Below, piece after piece: positions 26,190 to 40,599 of a DNA stretch of 64,000 nucleotides. The position numbers were made by a program, and so were the translations under genes. Source of the DNA: Octopus vulgaris (taxonomy: Eukaryota); the NCBI GenBank assembly GCA_951406725.2, contig OX597820.1, positions 60,636,001 to 60,700,000 on the forward strand. The letters are read 5' to 3'. The notes beneath the pieces are model-generated. The model did no database searches, was not told the origin of the DNA, and worked only from the letters and a program-made list of their open reading frames with translations. Positions within the stretch are counted from its first letter, which is position 1; every line of letters starts with the position of its first letter.

Positions 26190-28129
26190 TCTGCAAGAAG
26201 GGGCTGAAATGTAACACTCACTCACTCACTCACTAATAATAGCAGGCACGGTCGGAAAACAAAAAGAAAAAGAAAACTGTAGTAATTTGACTGATTTTGA
26301 AACTTCGCTAAGCGACCGCATTCATATACAAGATCATATTCTGACCTAATTGCGTAGAAGCATTTTATCCATGACAAAGGCACCAGGTTCCTACTGCCTA
26401 TCATCCATTGATGCCAGAATCTGTCAATCATAGGTGGAGAAGGATAACACACCTATAAATTGTCAACGTGAGGTGGGCTTTCCTGGAAACTACTTTTGTA
26501 GATACAATGAGTGACATCTCCATGTTGACCTTTCAAAGGAGATGGACTTCGTTAAATGAGAGGGGCTTCTCTTGACAAGATATGGGAGCGGTTTCATAGC
26601 AGCGAAGGGCGTCTCCTGTTCAGGAAAGCTTTATTCATCTTTTCGGATATTCCTTATTAGTCTTTTACGATTGTTTTAAATTATTTATTCGTTTTTCATT
26701 TTCTCGAACAAGTCTTTTGATCTCCATGAATCGTTTGGATAGTGCTATTGTGAGGAGGGGATTCTTGCAGTTTCTCTTCCAGCTGTAGTTTTTGTTGCTG
26801 TGGGTAACTCTCTTTTTCTATCTTCTTTCATTCTCATCGCTGGTTGAGGGATATCCCGAGTCTCCTTGTTAACTCAAAGAAATAAGGACAAGGCAATGTT
26901 TCCGATGACTCTAAAAATGTGCCTGGTAACGTATGTTGCTGTTATATCGTCTTAGCACTCTGGGATTTGTGGATTTGTGGTTGTTTTCTTTTCGTGGTTT
27001 CCAAATAGAAAGCTTTCTCTGCTGGATACTGTGTCTTAAGCTTTCCTCTTTGCACCTCCACAGATTATAACACTGGGATTGTTTTGTCGTCTTACTGTTC
27101 ACTAGTACATGTGTGGTGACCGCACCTGACCACAAATCACCGGAGGTTAAGTCGGCACTATCCAACATGAAAGCGACTTATGAGCCAAGGTATGACGTCA
27201 TCATCGATGTCGTTAGTAGCGATCCTTATATTTCTTTTTCCAAAATATCGAGGAGCCAGTTTACGGATAGATGTGTCTGTCTGGTATTATTTGGGTTCCT
27301 GCTTTCGTCTCATTCTATATTTTGGCAAATGTTCCTTTGTTCTTCATTGATGTTTTAAAGTTAATATTTCCCCTCATTAATGATAACATATTACCGCATG
27401 TGTTCTAGTAGAAACACAATCTTGGACATGAAGCTCGGCGGCCAATATTTCCAGATGGTGTGCAATGATCATTGACTTCAGCAAACCGGTCGAGACTGTG
27501 GTAGCTGCACAGAATATTCATGTCACACGGGTAAGCTCCAGCTCAGCATATCTATCTTTTTCTTTTATTGTTATTGCTGGTGCTGTTAAGCACTGACTCC
27601 TGTTCTTCAAGTACTACGATCAAAGGTACTCCATCCGATAGTGTATCTATCCAATGTGCCCTAACATTTTATTTTAGTGACAGTGAGGAATATTGTCACC
27701 ATTTATCGCAGGTCGAAACACAACGTAGAGGCTTTGTTCCTTCATTAATGTCGGTTGTGAATGATGTTGGTTTGTGAAAAAGAAAATGTTTCTTCAGAAA
27801 TGTTAACATTTCTCTTTTACTTGTTTCAGTCATTTGACTGCGGCCATGCTGGAGCACCGCCTTTAGTCGAGCAAATTGACCCCAGGACTTATTCTTTGTA
27901 ATTCTCCGGATTTCTGACACCCTCATGCAGTTTCTAATCCTATACTTTAATGTATTTCGCTGGTTACGAAAATTCTTCAATAAGAAGCTGGGGTTTGTTT
28001 CTCATCATCATTAAATGTTAGCCTTATTGATCTCATTAGCTGCAGAGTAATGATCGAGGTGACTTATTTATCAAAGGCATTTCAATCGTGACTCTCTTTC
28101 TTTTTTTTAACAACAAACTCGCTTTAAAA

Positions 28130-28272
28130 CCACGTGGTTTTGGGTTCAGTTCTATTGCACCGCACCTTCAGCAAGTCTCTTCTACTATAGTTCCAGGTTG
28201 ACTAATGTCTTGTGAGTGAATTTCGTAGAATTTGCTAGACGAAAACTGTGTGGAAGCCAATTGCATATATGC

Positions 28273-28326
<54 letters not shown>

Positions 28327-28703
28327 GCATGTGTGTGTGTGTGTGTGTGTGTGCATTTATCCTCACCACTGTTTGACAACAGGTGTTTACTTACGTCCCT
28401 ATAACTTAGCGGTTCAGAACAAGTAGCCGATAAAATAAATACTGTATTTCAAAAATAAATCCCGGGGTCGATTTGTTTGACTAAAACATTTCCAGGTAGT
28501 GCTACATCATGACCGCAGTCAAATGAATGAAACAAGTAAAAGATTAAATACAGTCGTGGCTGTGTGGTAAGATGTTTGTTTCCCAATCCCAAACACATGG
28601 TTTCGGGTTCAGTACCACTTGGGCAAGTATCTTCAACTACAGTCACGTGCCGATTAAAGTTTTGTGAGTAGATTTGGTAGACGGAAACTAAAAGAAGACC
28701 GTC

Positions 28704-28705
<2 letters not shown>
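28130..28705 (+). mobile_element. Two adjacent family-B SINEs, one with an internal (GT)n
   Basis: Homology to other family-B copies. Confidence 0.8.
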
Positions 28706-28737
<32 letters not shown>

Positions 28738-28800
28738 TCTTCTTAGAAGAAACATAACTTCGGAGAAGAAGCACATTCTAAGGAGTAGAGCAGTATCTTC

Positions 28801-28839
28801 GGTCTGAAGATACGCCATGACGAGAAACCCAGGGTAACC
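28801..28839 (+). ncRNA. Type-I hammerhead ribozyme motif with intact core in a 125-bp island between (TA)n tracts
   Basis: ggt CTGAAGA tacgccatgacga GAAA ccc a ggg TA acc; predicted cleavage after GUA at 28836; stem II imperfect. Confidence 0.65.
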
Positions 28840-28859
28840 CTATAAACCGACCTTCACTA

Positions 28860-28892
<33 letters not shown>

Positions 28893-29088
28893 AATTGAGA
28901 TAGGGGCTGTAAATACAACCCTCCATGGGATAACTTATATCCAATATACTCCTTCATGTACACTGTTTTACCCTACGTTATTATGTTTAACCTTATAGTT
29001 TCTTATGTGGTGGTTTAATAAAGTATGTGATTGAGTATTATCTGGTAATTGATATTTGATTTCGATGTATTTCTCCATTTTCTTATTT

Positions 29089-29126
<38 letters not shown>

Positions 29127-29131
29127 CATAC

Positions 29132-29260
<129 letters not shown>

Positions 29261-29261
29261 C

Positions 29262-29345
29262 TTTGTTCAAAAGCAGTAGAAATTCAACAAAACCTGTTAC
29301 TCGGAGAAACAGGTTTTGTTGAACTTCTGCTGCTTTTAAATAAAG
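29262..29345. repeat. Inverted repeat in a (TA)n-flanked island
   Basis: AAAAGCAGTAGAAATTCAACAAAACCTGTT / AACAGGTTTTGTTGAACTTCTGCTGCTTTT. Confidence 0.8.
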
Positions 29346-29414
29346 CATATTACTCTACCCCTGGTATTTGAGTACTCTTTTTTCCACCTTGTTTCACATT
29401 TATGCGTTTACTCC

Positions 29415-29516
<102 letters not shown>

Positions 29517-29955
29517 ACATTAATATAGACAGCAGTTTGCAATGATTCACCAAAAAAGAAAACTATAATCGTCACTGAATGTGACTAGAGTGTTAGAAAC
29601 ACCTACATTGTCAGAAATCCAAGCTAAAATGCTCTAATGAAAAAACAAAAGGTTTAGAACATTCCAATTTGTTTTCTCCAAAACCAATGCTAATTGAGTC
29701 GTGGGTGGGGGGAAACGCATTACTAGTGTTTGTTAAATAAATGTTCTTCTCAAGCCGTGTTACACCTGTGCTTATTGGTCAATTAGTACAAAGGGAAAGA
29801 AATTAGTCTAAATATTAATTTCAATGTCTCACTTCATCTGACAGTAGAGCTAATATCGGATTGCTTCGTTCAGAAGTAGATAAACATAACTGACGTTACC
29901 GATATTTCGCTTTTTAAAGGAAAAAATGATTTGTTTGGGGTAAAGAAAGGGTTCG

Positions 29956-30000
<45 letters not shown>

Positions 30001-30057
30001 ATACATATGTATATATAGGTATATATATGTAAATATATGCATGTGTACATATATATA

Positions 30058-30113
<56 letters not shown>

Positions 30114-30235
30114 TATATATATCACCATCACGTGACCGACCAGTCCATCAGATGTAGTTACACATCGCTGGTCACAATGCGTTCGCATTGTTTTAGCCTT
30201 ACGAATGACGCCACCCCGCTGGCTAAGCGAGCAGG

Positions 30236-30280
<45 letters not shown>

Positions 30281-30359
30281 GTGTATGTATGTATACGTGT
30301 ATGTATGTATGTATGTATGTACGTATGTATGTATGTATGTGACTGTATGTACATAGATG

Positions 30360-31048
30360 CATGGTTTTGATTTCAATCTCACAGTTCGCCTTGGGGCGAC
30401 AAATGCCTTCTGAATAAATTTCGTAGACGGAAACTGTATGGAAACCCGTCGTATGTGTGTATGTGTGTGTGTGTGTTTGTTTGTGCCTGTCTTTTCTGCG
30501 CTCGGCAAGCGATGCTTGTTTGCTTATGCGTAACTTAGCAGTTCGGCAAAAGAGACCGATAAAATAAGTACTAGTCTCAAAAGCTGATTTGTAATAAGTA
30601 CAGGAGCTGATTTGTTTAGATAAACTGTTCAAGGCATTTCCCCAGCACGGCCGCAGTCCAGTGACTGAAACAAAATAAAGCAAAAATAAATAATAACCGC
30701 CATTTCTATCATGGGTAGAAGACCGTCTATTTTATCGACGCTCCGAACTTGGTTGGCCCGGGGCTATAGTAGGAGACACTTTGCCAAGGGCCCGAAACTA
30801 CGTGGCTGCAAAGCGAGCTTCTTACCTATTTCTTTATTACCCACAAGGGGCTAAACACAGAGGGGACAAACACGGACAGACAAACGGATTAAGACGATTA
30901 TATTGACCCCAGTGTGTAACTGGTACTTATTTAATCGACCCCGAAAGGATGAAAGGCAAAGTCGACCTCGGCGGAATTTGAACTCAGAACGTAGCGGCAG
31001 ACGAAGTACCGCTTAGCATTTCGCTCGGCGTGCTAACGCTTCTGCCAG
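30360..31048. mobile_element. SINE cluster: family B (+, about 30360-30680), B fragment (-) and family A (-, about 30823-31048)
   Basis: Homology to other copies. Confidence 0.75.
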
Positions 31049-31348
31049 ATTGCTATGCCATATACATGGTCTTGTTGTTTGGGTGCCTCAGTCATAATTG
31101 CGAGATCGTGGTTTCGAATTCCAGACTGGACTCTACGTTGTGTACTTGTGCAAAACACTTCGTTTCACGTTGCTCTGCGGTCATTTCGACATCTGACGTG
31201 TGGCACCCTTGTGTACCTGTACAGGCAACGTCGATTTGAAGTAGGGAATGGGCCTATGTGAACGCAAATATTTGATCACTATAAAACAAAAAGAACCATC
31301 TGTGTAGTTGCTGTTCGTATTGTTCGACAGGAAAGTCCACGGTGTGTG

Positions 31349-31380
<32 letters not shown>

Positions 31381-32026
31381 TGTATGTATGTACGTATGTA
31401 CGTATGTACGTATGCATGTATATGTGGTATATGTATGTATGTGTAATAAATATCTATTTATAAACATAAAATAGATGATGATGATAATGATGATGATGAT
31501 GGTAATGATGATGACGACGACGACAACGACGATGATGGTGGTGGTGGTGATGATGATAATGATGATGATGATGATGAGGAGGAGGAGGAGGAGGAGGAGG
31601 AGGAGGAGGATGGGGATACACTCTCTCGCCGAGAATGACATATGAACGTCCAGCTGTTCAATCAACTGAACAACTTACTCATTGAATATACGTGTAAGTG
31701 GACGAGTATTCCACAGGCACGTGCACCCTTAACTGAATAGTAAAATAGAATCAGTGTCACAAGGCTTTGAATTACAAGTGCAATCTCTTCATCTATCCAA
31801 CGTCGCTCACAAGACTTAAAAAAAGAAGAAAAAAATGCCATGAATTGGGATAGAACTTTGACTATAGATTGTGAAGCGAAATTTTTAACCACTTGGTTAT
31901 GCTTCCATACATCTGCGTGTTTTGTGTGGTGGTGGTGGTGGTGGTGGTATGGTGTGGTGTGTGTGTGTATGTGTGTGAGTGAGTGTGTATTGTGTGCATA
32001 TATATATATGTATGTATGTGTATATA

Positions 32027-32119
<93 letters not shown>

Positions 32120-32195
32120 CATGTGATCCCTTGAGCACCACCAGCTCAAATATTTTTTCCTCTATCTTCCCTTCTTGGGATCTTTCCTTCTCCTT

Positions 32196-32230
32196 GTTTC
32201 CGACGAAGAGCTCCGCTCGAAACGTTAAAC
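32196..32230 (+). ncRNA. Minimal type-I hammerhead motif in (TA)n-flanked insert 32120-32337
   Basis: gttt CCGACGA a GAGC tcc GCTC GAAA cg TT aaac; insert homologous to 63683-63890 (-) and related to 14480-14715 (-). Confidence 0.6.
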
Positions 32231-32333
32231 CCTCCTTCCCTTCTTTCCTGGGCGTCAATAATACTTTAATTGTTCCACGTCCTGCGTTGCTGTGTTTTTT
32301 TCTTTTTTTTTCTGTGTTTTCTTGTTTGGATTA

Positions 32334-32368
<35 letters not shown>

Positions 32369-32373
32369 GCATA

Positions 32374-34200
32374 TAGGGTGCGATGGGTAAATTGTCGCCA
32401 TTTTATATTTTTAATTTCGTGCATGCACATTGTTTGTTTTTTAATTTGTCGACTACACAGTATAGTAGGGTCAGTTGGGCACCGTCAGTGAGAAAAACAG
32501 CACCATGACGTAATTCGCTCTGCCAGAAATTTGTAAACGACATGCTATACTGCTTGGCATTCGCGCTGGAAGCTCCAATACGAACATTTTAGAGTGTTTG
32601 GGTGTCAATATGAGGATAGTGCAGAGGATTCGGAAAGAGTTGGATGAGTTTAACGGTGATTACGAAAGTACGACAGCTCGGAAAACTCACTCCGATCGTT
32701 CTGATAAGGAAAGAACTCCTGAATTTGTTGTTCAGATCCAGGCCATGATTGACAACGGTTCCCCAAGTTAATCAGGCCCATCGCCAGGGACATGGGAGTG
32801 TCTGAGTTTCTTATCAGTTCGGTATTTCTCATAGAAGCTGAGAAAGGGTCAATTTTTATCCCAAGCCATCAAGGACATGAAGAAAGACCGCGCTACGAAG
32901 CTTAAACTCAAGTATCCCCTCCAACCGAACATACTTTGGTTTCTCTCAGACGAGAAAAATTCTGCCAGGATCAAATGGTGAACACACACAACAACCGTTG
33001 ACTTTCCGTGTCCTTAAAACATGTACCGAGAGTGATAAAAAATCAAACACCCAGGCAACATCATGGTGTTTGGAGTGATCACTAGTGATGGTGACGTTAT
33101 GCATCCATATATCTTTCCACACGGCCTCAGACTCAACACTGAGGCCTATATGAAGTGATTACTCCAAACACCATGATGTTGCCTGGGTGTTTGATTTTTT
33201 ATCACTCTCGGTACATGTTTTAAGGACACGGAAACTCAACGGTTGTTGTGTGTGTTCACCATTTGATCCTGGCAGAATTTTTTCTCGTCTGAGAAAAACC
33301 AAAGTATGTTCGGTTGGAGGGAAGATGAAGAGGTAGTGCTGCCCTGGGTCAAGAGAGCGGCTGCTGAAAGAGCCTATGTCTGGCAACAAGACCCTGCACC
33401 ATGCCACACAAGCAGGAAAACCCAGACATGTCTGCCAGACAATTTCTGCGACCACATCACGCCTAACATCTGGCCACCTAACTCTCCAGATTGCAAACAC
33501 CTTGATTATTATGTGTGGGTTGCAGCTGAGCAAGAGACTAACAAAACTCCTTATAACACCAAAGATGAACTGAAGGCAAGGATTATGTCAGCATTGACCA
33601 ACTTAAACAAGGAAACCGTCCTGAAGAGCTTCAGGAGATTGCGAAGTCGTCTGGAGGCTGCTGTTGAAACCAATGGCGATTTTATTGAATAAATTTACTC
33701 TTTAGTATTTCAAGACTAGCAGTATCGCCCGGCGTTGCTCAGGTTTGTAAGGGAAATAACTATAAATCATTTTTAGAGAGTTATAGCCAAAAAAACAGCA
33801 AAAAAATGGAAAAAAATGATGGTAAATTTTTTTTTGAGATTTAAAAAAGGTGGAGTTGCGTCCCCTAGACAGTTTGTGGTTCGTGTTTCTGATTCTCGAC
33901 CCCATGTCGAATTTATCGATTTTTTTCAGAACTGGGGGAAGTTTTCAAAATTTTCGCTGCGTTAGTTTTGAAGTATGACATTGGGCTGTGTGTGTCAAGT
34001 TTCATCAGAATCGGTTGAAAGCCGTGGTCAGGGTGAGGGTACAAGCAAACAGACACACAGAAACACGCACAGACAAACTCCCGTTTATATATAGAGAGAT
34101 ATATTTCTGTAAATTTGGTAAATATATATGCAAAAATGAGATGTCAGTATTATTTTCATTTTTGCATCATTTATACGACAATTCATTCACTACAGTACTG
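32374..34200 (+). mobile_element. maT-family (DD37D) Tc1/mariner transposon, broken
   Basis: HTH-like HAILLGIRAGSSN..VQRIRKEL; FLSDEK; VWQQD-37 aa-D (WPPNSPDCKHLDY, spacing counted by hand); imperfect TIRs and TA flanks. Confidence 0.9.
33715..34100. mobile_element. Non-autonomous Helentron/Lep1-like element nested in the maT 3' end
   Basis: Start ACTAGCAGTATCGCCCGGCGTTGCTC, end ACAGACAAACTCCCGTTTATATATAGAGAGAT, internal AAGTTTCATCAGAATCGG; resembles this class of rolling-circle relics. Confidence 0.65.
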
Positions 34201-34362
34201 TAGTGAATGTGCATAAGTTTGTGATGGAGGCAACCCAACGCTCTCTCGCTCTCTCTTCCTCCCTGTCTCCTCCAGTCTCTCCCTCTCTCTTTGTGTTGTA
34301 TGTATGTATGCATGCATGTATATGCATGTTTGCATGTGTGTATGTATGTATATTTACATAAG

Positions 34363-34410
<48 letters not shown>

Positions 34411-34551
34411 AGACAGACGAACAAAAATAGAGGATGAAAGAGAAGGATGCAAAAAATAGGTTTGTAGGTTTGCTTGAGAGCAATAAATCGCTTCGTATTG
34501 TTTTAAAACGGAAGGACACATTGGATAATATAGTCCGACATAAATCACACG

Positions 34552-34581
<30 letters not shown>

Positions 34582-34582
<1 letters not shown>

Positions 34583-34804
34583 GGGGGCGGGTTGCTAAAA
34601 TGTTTTTGGTTTTAAGGGCATCGCGAAAGAAGGCGTGGTTGGAACCCAAGCGTCCGGGTTCTTTTACAGGGCGTAGGAAAACTGAAGGACCGCTGCAATA
34701 AGCGTGTGAATCCGAGAGGGGAATATGTTGAGCAAAATCATAATTAACTGATCTTCCTTTATTTTTCTTTTAATCAAAACCAGAAGCTTTTCAGCACCCT
34801 TTCG
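34582..34804 (+). mobile_element. Mariner-derived MITE, copy 1
   Basis: Homologous to 41621-41829; keeps a mariner C-terminus CNKRVNPRGEYVE. Confidence 0.75.
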
Positions 34805-35349
34805 TACGTGTGTGTACGTGTGTTTGTGTGTGTTTGTGTGCGTGTGTGTGTGTGTAAAAGATGAGAGTTCTTCGCTTGAATGCATTGGATTATGGGTTTG
34901 GTCAATCAAGATTTACCTAGTTCAGTAAATTGGTAGACAGTGAGCCAACAAAGGATCCTCTACGTGACTGTTGGATTGGCTAGAAATAGCATCCGAATAT
35001 CCTCAAATGCTCTCACAAGTATTTTAAAACGTATTGAATCAAAACTGGATTTCATGAGCTTAAATGATAAAAAAAAGTTTAGAACAAGCCAACGAGGGAG
35101 CCACGACGTAGTCATTCAATTTGCTGTAAATAGCAGCTAAATCTGCTTCAAATTACATGCGTCTTAAGGGGAAAAATAGAGCCCTGTAATGAAGGCCTAT
35201 AATAAGGTACTGAATTTCTCGAACATAAAGCTTAAAAAAATATATATGGTTGCAGCTGGAATGCCCCGACCAGGTTTGAACTGTAACATACTTAGAAGGG
35301 AAAGAACAAGAAAAGAAAAACTATTTTAAATAGCTCTTGAAATAAATGT

Positions 35350-35660
35350 ACTTTGTCGATTACGACGACGAAGGTTCCAGTTGATCAGAACAGCCACCTC
35401 GTGAAATTAACGTGCAAATGGCTGAGCACTCCACAAACATGCGTGCCCTTAATGTAGTTCTCAAGGAAATTCAGTGTGATTGAGGATAAGACATGGTCGG
35501 TCCTTTGAAATATAGGTACAACTTATTTTGTCAGCTGAGTGAACTGAAGCAACAGGAAATAAAGTGCCAAGCTCGAAGACATTTTGCGTTACCGGGTATC
35601 GAACCCGCGACATTACGATCATGAGCCAATTACCCTAACCACTAAGCCACGTACCTTCAC
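35350..35660 (-). mobile_element. SINE family E
   Basis: Reverse complement of 20121-20436. Confidence 0.85.
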
Positions 35661-35734
35661 CGAATAAAGAGGTAAAACGAATATAAATAACATTAAAGTT
35701 TAGCATATGTAAATATTGTATAAATCTTTCACTT

Positions 35735-36280
<546 letters not shown>

Positions 36281-36320
36281 GTCTATAATAAAGATGATTT
36301 ATAATTATTACTTAGTAATT

Positions 36321-36960
36321 AAAGGCGGAGAGCTAGCAGAATCGTTAGTACGCCGGGCGAAATGCTTAGCGTTATTTTGTCTGCCGCTACGTTCTGAATT
36401 CAAATTCCGCCGAGATCGACTTTGCTTTTCATCCTTTCGGGAGCGATGAAATAAGTACCAGTTTACGCACTGGAGTCGATGTAATTGACTTAAACTCCTT
36501 CCCCAAGCTACCCTTGTGGCAAAAATTTGAAATCATTACTTAGTAATTAAAGGCGGCGAGCTGGCAGAAACGTTAGCACGCCGGGCGAAATGCTTAGCAG
36601 TATTTCGTTTGTTACTACGTTCTGAGTTCAAATTCCGCCGAGGTCGACTTTGCCTTTCAGCCTTTCAGGGTCGATTAAATAAGTACCAGTTACGCACTGG
36701 GGCCATTATAATCGACTTAATCCGTTGTCTGTCCTTGTTTGTCCCCTCACTGTGTAGCCCCTTGTGAGCAGTAAAGGAATTAGAATCGTTAACACACGCC
36801 AGGCAAAAAGGCTTGGCAGTATTTCGTTCGTCTTTACATTCTGAGTTCAAATTCCGCCGAGGACGACTTTGCCTTTCATTCTTTCGTAATCGATAAAATA
36901 AGTACCAGCTGAGTGCTGGGGTTGTTCTAATCAACTAGCCCGCTCCCCTCAAATTTCAAA
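36321..36960 (+). mobile_element. Three tandem family-A SINEs
   Basis: Heads at about 36322, 36550 and 36782; ATTACTTAGTAATT recurs at about 36307, 36535 and (degenerate) 36969. Confidence 0.85.
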
Positions 36961-37311
36961 TAGAAATGATTATTTAGTAATTTGCAAATAAATTGAATAA
37001 ATTCGTCATAATCTAGGTAAGGACAACGAGATCTGAATAGAGTCTTTCAGCGAACCAGTTTCAGTTAACGATTATAATCGTTGGTAAATCCGCCATAATG
37101 TTCAACTATTATTCAGTGATTTATCAACTACAATTAAATAATTAACAAACAATCTAACTTAGATGGGCAGACATGAGCGAGGTGATAGAAATTTTGAAAT
37201 GTTGACAGAGTAAACACGTCCGGAAACACGCGGGCACGCACGTGTGCACACAGGCACACATACGCACACATCGATAAGTATGCATGTGCGCGGCGTGTCA
37301 CATATATTTAC

Positions 37312-37353
<42 letters not shown>

Positions 37354-38534
37354 GAATATATATATATATAAGCGTAAAGTTTTACACACAACATGCAGCT
37401 ATATATGAGGGCAAGGTGTTCGTGTATACATTCATACATACATACATACATACATACATACATACATACATACATACATACATACATACATACATACATA
37501 CATACATACATACATACATACACACACACATACATACAGATAACTCTTTTCCACTATTTAAACTACAACTTAATCTGTATTACATGCAGCTATTCCTGAA
37601 ACAAAAACAGATATAAGATATCGTCAAATTTAGCCCGAACACCCTGTACACGCGTACACGCGCCCAAACACACACAAACACGCACACAAACACACACAAA
37701 CACAAACACACACGCACACACACACACTCATTCTCTCTCACAGAAAGAGAGAAAAAAGCGACGAAGAACAGTGGGACAAGTAGAGTTAGCCAGTTACTAA
37801 GAAACTTACATATATACATGCTTACATGCATACATGCATCTATGCATGCATGCATGCATGTATGCATACATATGCATTGATCTCTTCTCTAATTTCAAAG
37901 TTGACAAGAAGAATGGTATTGAAGAGATGAAAGAGAAATATTGATTCCCAACTATGAATGAATGTTCACCTGTGTTTTGTTTTGTGGTGTTGTCTGGTGT
38001 GGGTATGGTGTGTATTTGTATGTGTGCGTGTGCGTGTGAGTGCGTGTGTGTATGTGCGTGTTTGCGTACGTGTGTGTGTGTGCATGTGTGTGTACGTGCG
38101 AGTGTGTGTAGGTTTCGTAGAATAAATACGATAAATATATTTTTTTCTTAAATATTTTTTAATCGAAAGTTACAGAAGTGACCGACAGTTGAGTTTCACG
38201 GGAGACACGTGTGCGTGCGCGCGTGTGTGTGTGTACGTGCACACGCGCATGTGTTTGTGTGAGAGAGAGTGTGTGCTTATATGTACACATGTATGTGCAT
38301 GTTCATCTCGATAAAAATAGGGTGTAAGGGCAACAGATTTACCTGTGAATCCCTATGTATCCCTAATTTTTGTTTGGCTAGGATTAGGGTTAGAATTAGG
38401 GTTAATCTCAATATAGAGTGTGCTTCTATGTGATTCCTCAAACTATCAGAAATAGCAACCAAATCTGTCTCAAATTACAAACTGCTGAGTTAAAGAAAAA
38501 AAGAATACAGAATACATTATGTAGTCATAAATAT

Positions 38535-38837
38535 CCTGGTATTCCGTCGCTTACGACGACGTGGGTTCCAGTTGCTCGTGAGATTAATGTGCAGGTGGCT
38601 GAGCCCTCCACAGACATCGCGTACCCACTTCACATACTTCTCAGGGATATTCAGCGTGACACAGAGTGTGACAAGGCTCCTTGAAATACAGGTACTACTC
38701 ATTTTTGCCAGTTGAGTGGACTGGAGCAACGTGAAATAAAATGTCTTGCCCAAGGACACAACACACCGTCGGGAAACGAACTCGTGACCGTACGATCGCA
38801 AGTCGAATACCCTAACTACTTAGCCACGCGCCTTCAC
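38535..38837 (-). mobile_element. SINE family E inserted in an old family-D repeat
   Basis: 12-bp TSD AGTCATAAATAT at 38523-38534 and 38838-38849. Confidence 0.9.
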
Positions 38838-39048
38838 AGTCATAAATATACTATGCTTGAAAAGGAAGTGTGATCATGTTTGGAACATCATTAACAGCAG
38901 ATCGGCTCATGAATTTAAACAACAAAAAAAGCAGCATTAAAAATAACTAGTTTTTATTTGTCAAATGAAATAGTTTTCAACGAGTTTTAAACAGTAATTT
39001 CAGGAGAAGAGGTTAGTTAATTTCATCAACTCCAGTACCTTGCTTGTA

Positions 39049-39628
39049 TTGGGTTGTCCGGAATGTTCGTACTGATTTTTAAAATAAAGAAAAAGGTCAA
39101 TAAATACTTGCCATTACATTTTTAATCAACCATTTTTAATCGAACAAATATGAACCATTTTGTTGCACAATGCGTCTCCATCTTTCCTTTAACTTGAAAA
39201 TACCCTCTTCTCAGAATTGAGGTGGTTTCATGGCAAAGAATTCATCAAGGTATCTTTTTACATCATCCAAAGAATTTAAATTTTTACCATTGAGACTATT
39301 CTGCAGAGACCTGAATAAGTGGAAATTCGAAGGAGCAATATCTGATGAATATGGATGGTAGGGTAACACATTCCAGCCGAGCTGCAGCAATTTTTGTCTG
39401 GTTCCCAAAGCATCAAGTGCCGAAAATAAACTTTCTTACCTTCCATTTTAAAGGGTTACAGAATTAACACAGGTTATAGGAACATAAACATCCTTCTACG
39501 AAAAGATAGCTTAAACTGTGCTCTAAATGGAGGTGTAGTCAAATCCTATTTTATGGACTCAACCGTGTTCTAAAATAAGTCGAAAGGTAAGGTACTATAA
39601 ATCGGCACGAACTTTCCGGACAACCCAA
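39049..39628 (-). mobile_element. Internally deleted mariner (DD34D-type) transposon
   Basis: TIR TTGGGTTGTCCGGAA.GTTCGT, TA TSDs; C-terminal LGWNVLPYHPYSSDIAPSNFHLFRSLQ (YSPDLAPSD motif); sits inside an old family-A SINE. Confidence 0.92.
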
Positions 39629-39872
39629 TACTTTAAATGCCCGTAAGCATTTTGTCATACGCTCTAAGAATTCTGCCAGCGCGTCGCCTTATAAATTTCA
39701 AATAATAAACCTTATTTTTTTTCATATCCTGTATTTCTCTTTCCAGCCTTTGTTTTCATAGTTCTACAGTTTCCTAAAATTTTGTCCTAAATCTCGCTAT
39801 ATTTTTTATGTATCGTATAAATATTCCGCACCTTCTCTTACATAAGCCACAAGCAATATATGGTACTGCTGT

Positions 39873-40377
39873 CTTCTTTTTCTTCTTCTTATCAGGACTC
39901 ACATCATTAGCCACAAAGAATAATCTCTAATTCGAGCCTACTCTAAGCTACTAAGAATGCGTGTGGAAACATGAAGATCCACCCACCACACGCGACAGAC
40001 TGGCGGTTGCACGGGCGCGAAGGCTACGTTGTTATACTCATTCCGTAAACGGTGGCTTTTTACGGGTGGAGAGCTGAACTATCCTGGGGTACAGAGGATT
40101 CGCAATCTAGACTAGGTTCTGAAAGTTTACCACACCATAGTGGGATACACCATGGTTCCTCTGCTTTGTGGCAGAAGTAGGAAGAAAGAGTGAGAGAAAG
40201 TTGTGGTGAAAGAGTGCAGCGGGGTTCACCCCCCCCCACCACCACCACCGCCGGAGTCTCGTGGAGCTTAGGTGTTTTTGCTCAATAAACACTCACAATG
40301 CCCAGTCTGGGAAGTGAAACCTCGTTCTTACGATCGCGAGTCCGCTGCCCTAACCAATGGGCCATTGCGCCTCCACA
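39873..40377 (-). mobile_element. SINE with family-C head but a different body and (GAA)n tail
   Basis: 11-bp TSD GGTACTGCTGT at 39862-39872 and 40378-40388; head also present at about 63100-63189 (-). Confidence 0.85.
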
Positions 40378-40599
40378 GGTACTGCTGTTGCGCATTTCTT
40401 TTTCCCTTATTGCATGCAATATTCTTTTCTATCTTGAATGATGTATCTGATGTCGATTAAATAAAACCAAAAACACAATTTTCAAGCTCAAATATTTTGT
40501 AGAAGAAATGATTCCATGTAACATCCAAATCTGAAGAGCGAGAAATATCAAAAGCAACATGAAATATATTAGTGTGAACGTGGAAAGCCTATGTTCTAT

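Noticed and set aside
29850-30683. 277-aa ORF, the longest in the track
   Set aside because: Read-through of a family-B SINE and (TA)n/(CA)n tracts; no domain
31475-31612. Poly-Asp/Glu or poly-Ser ORF
   Set aside because: (GAT)n/(GAG)n microsatellite at the end of a SINE fragment
36321-36960. CRISPR-like recurring repeats
   Set aside because: Tandem SINE copies in eukaryotic DNA; no unique spacers or cas genes
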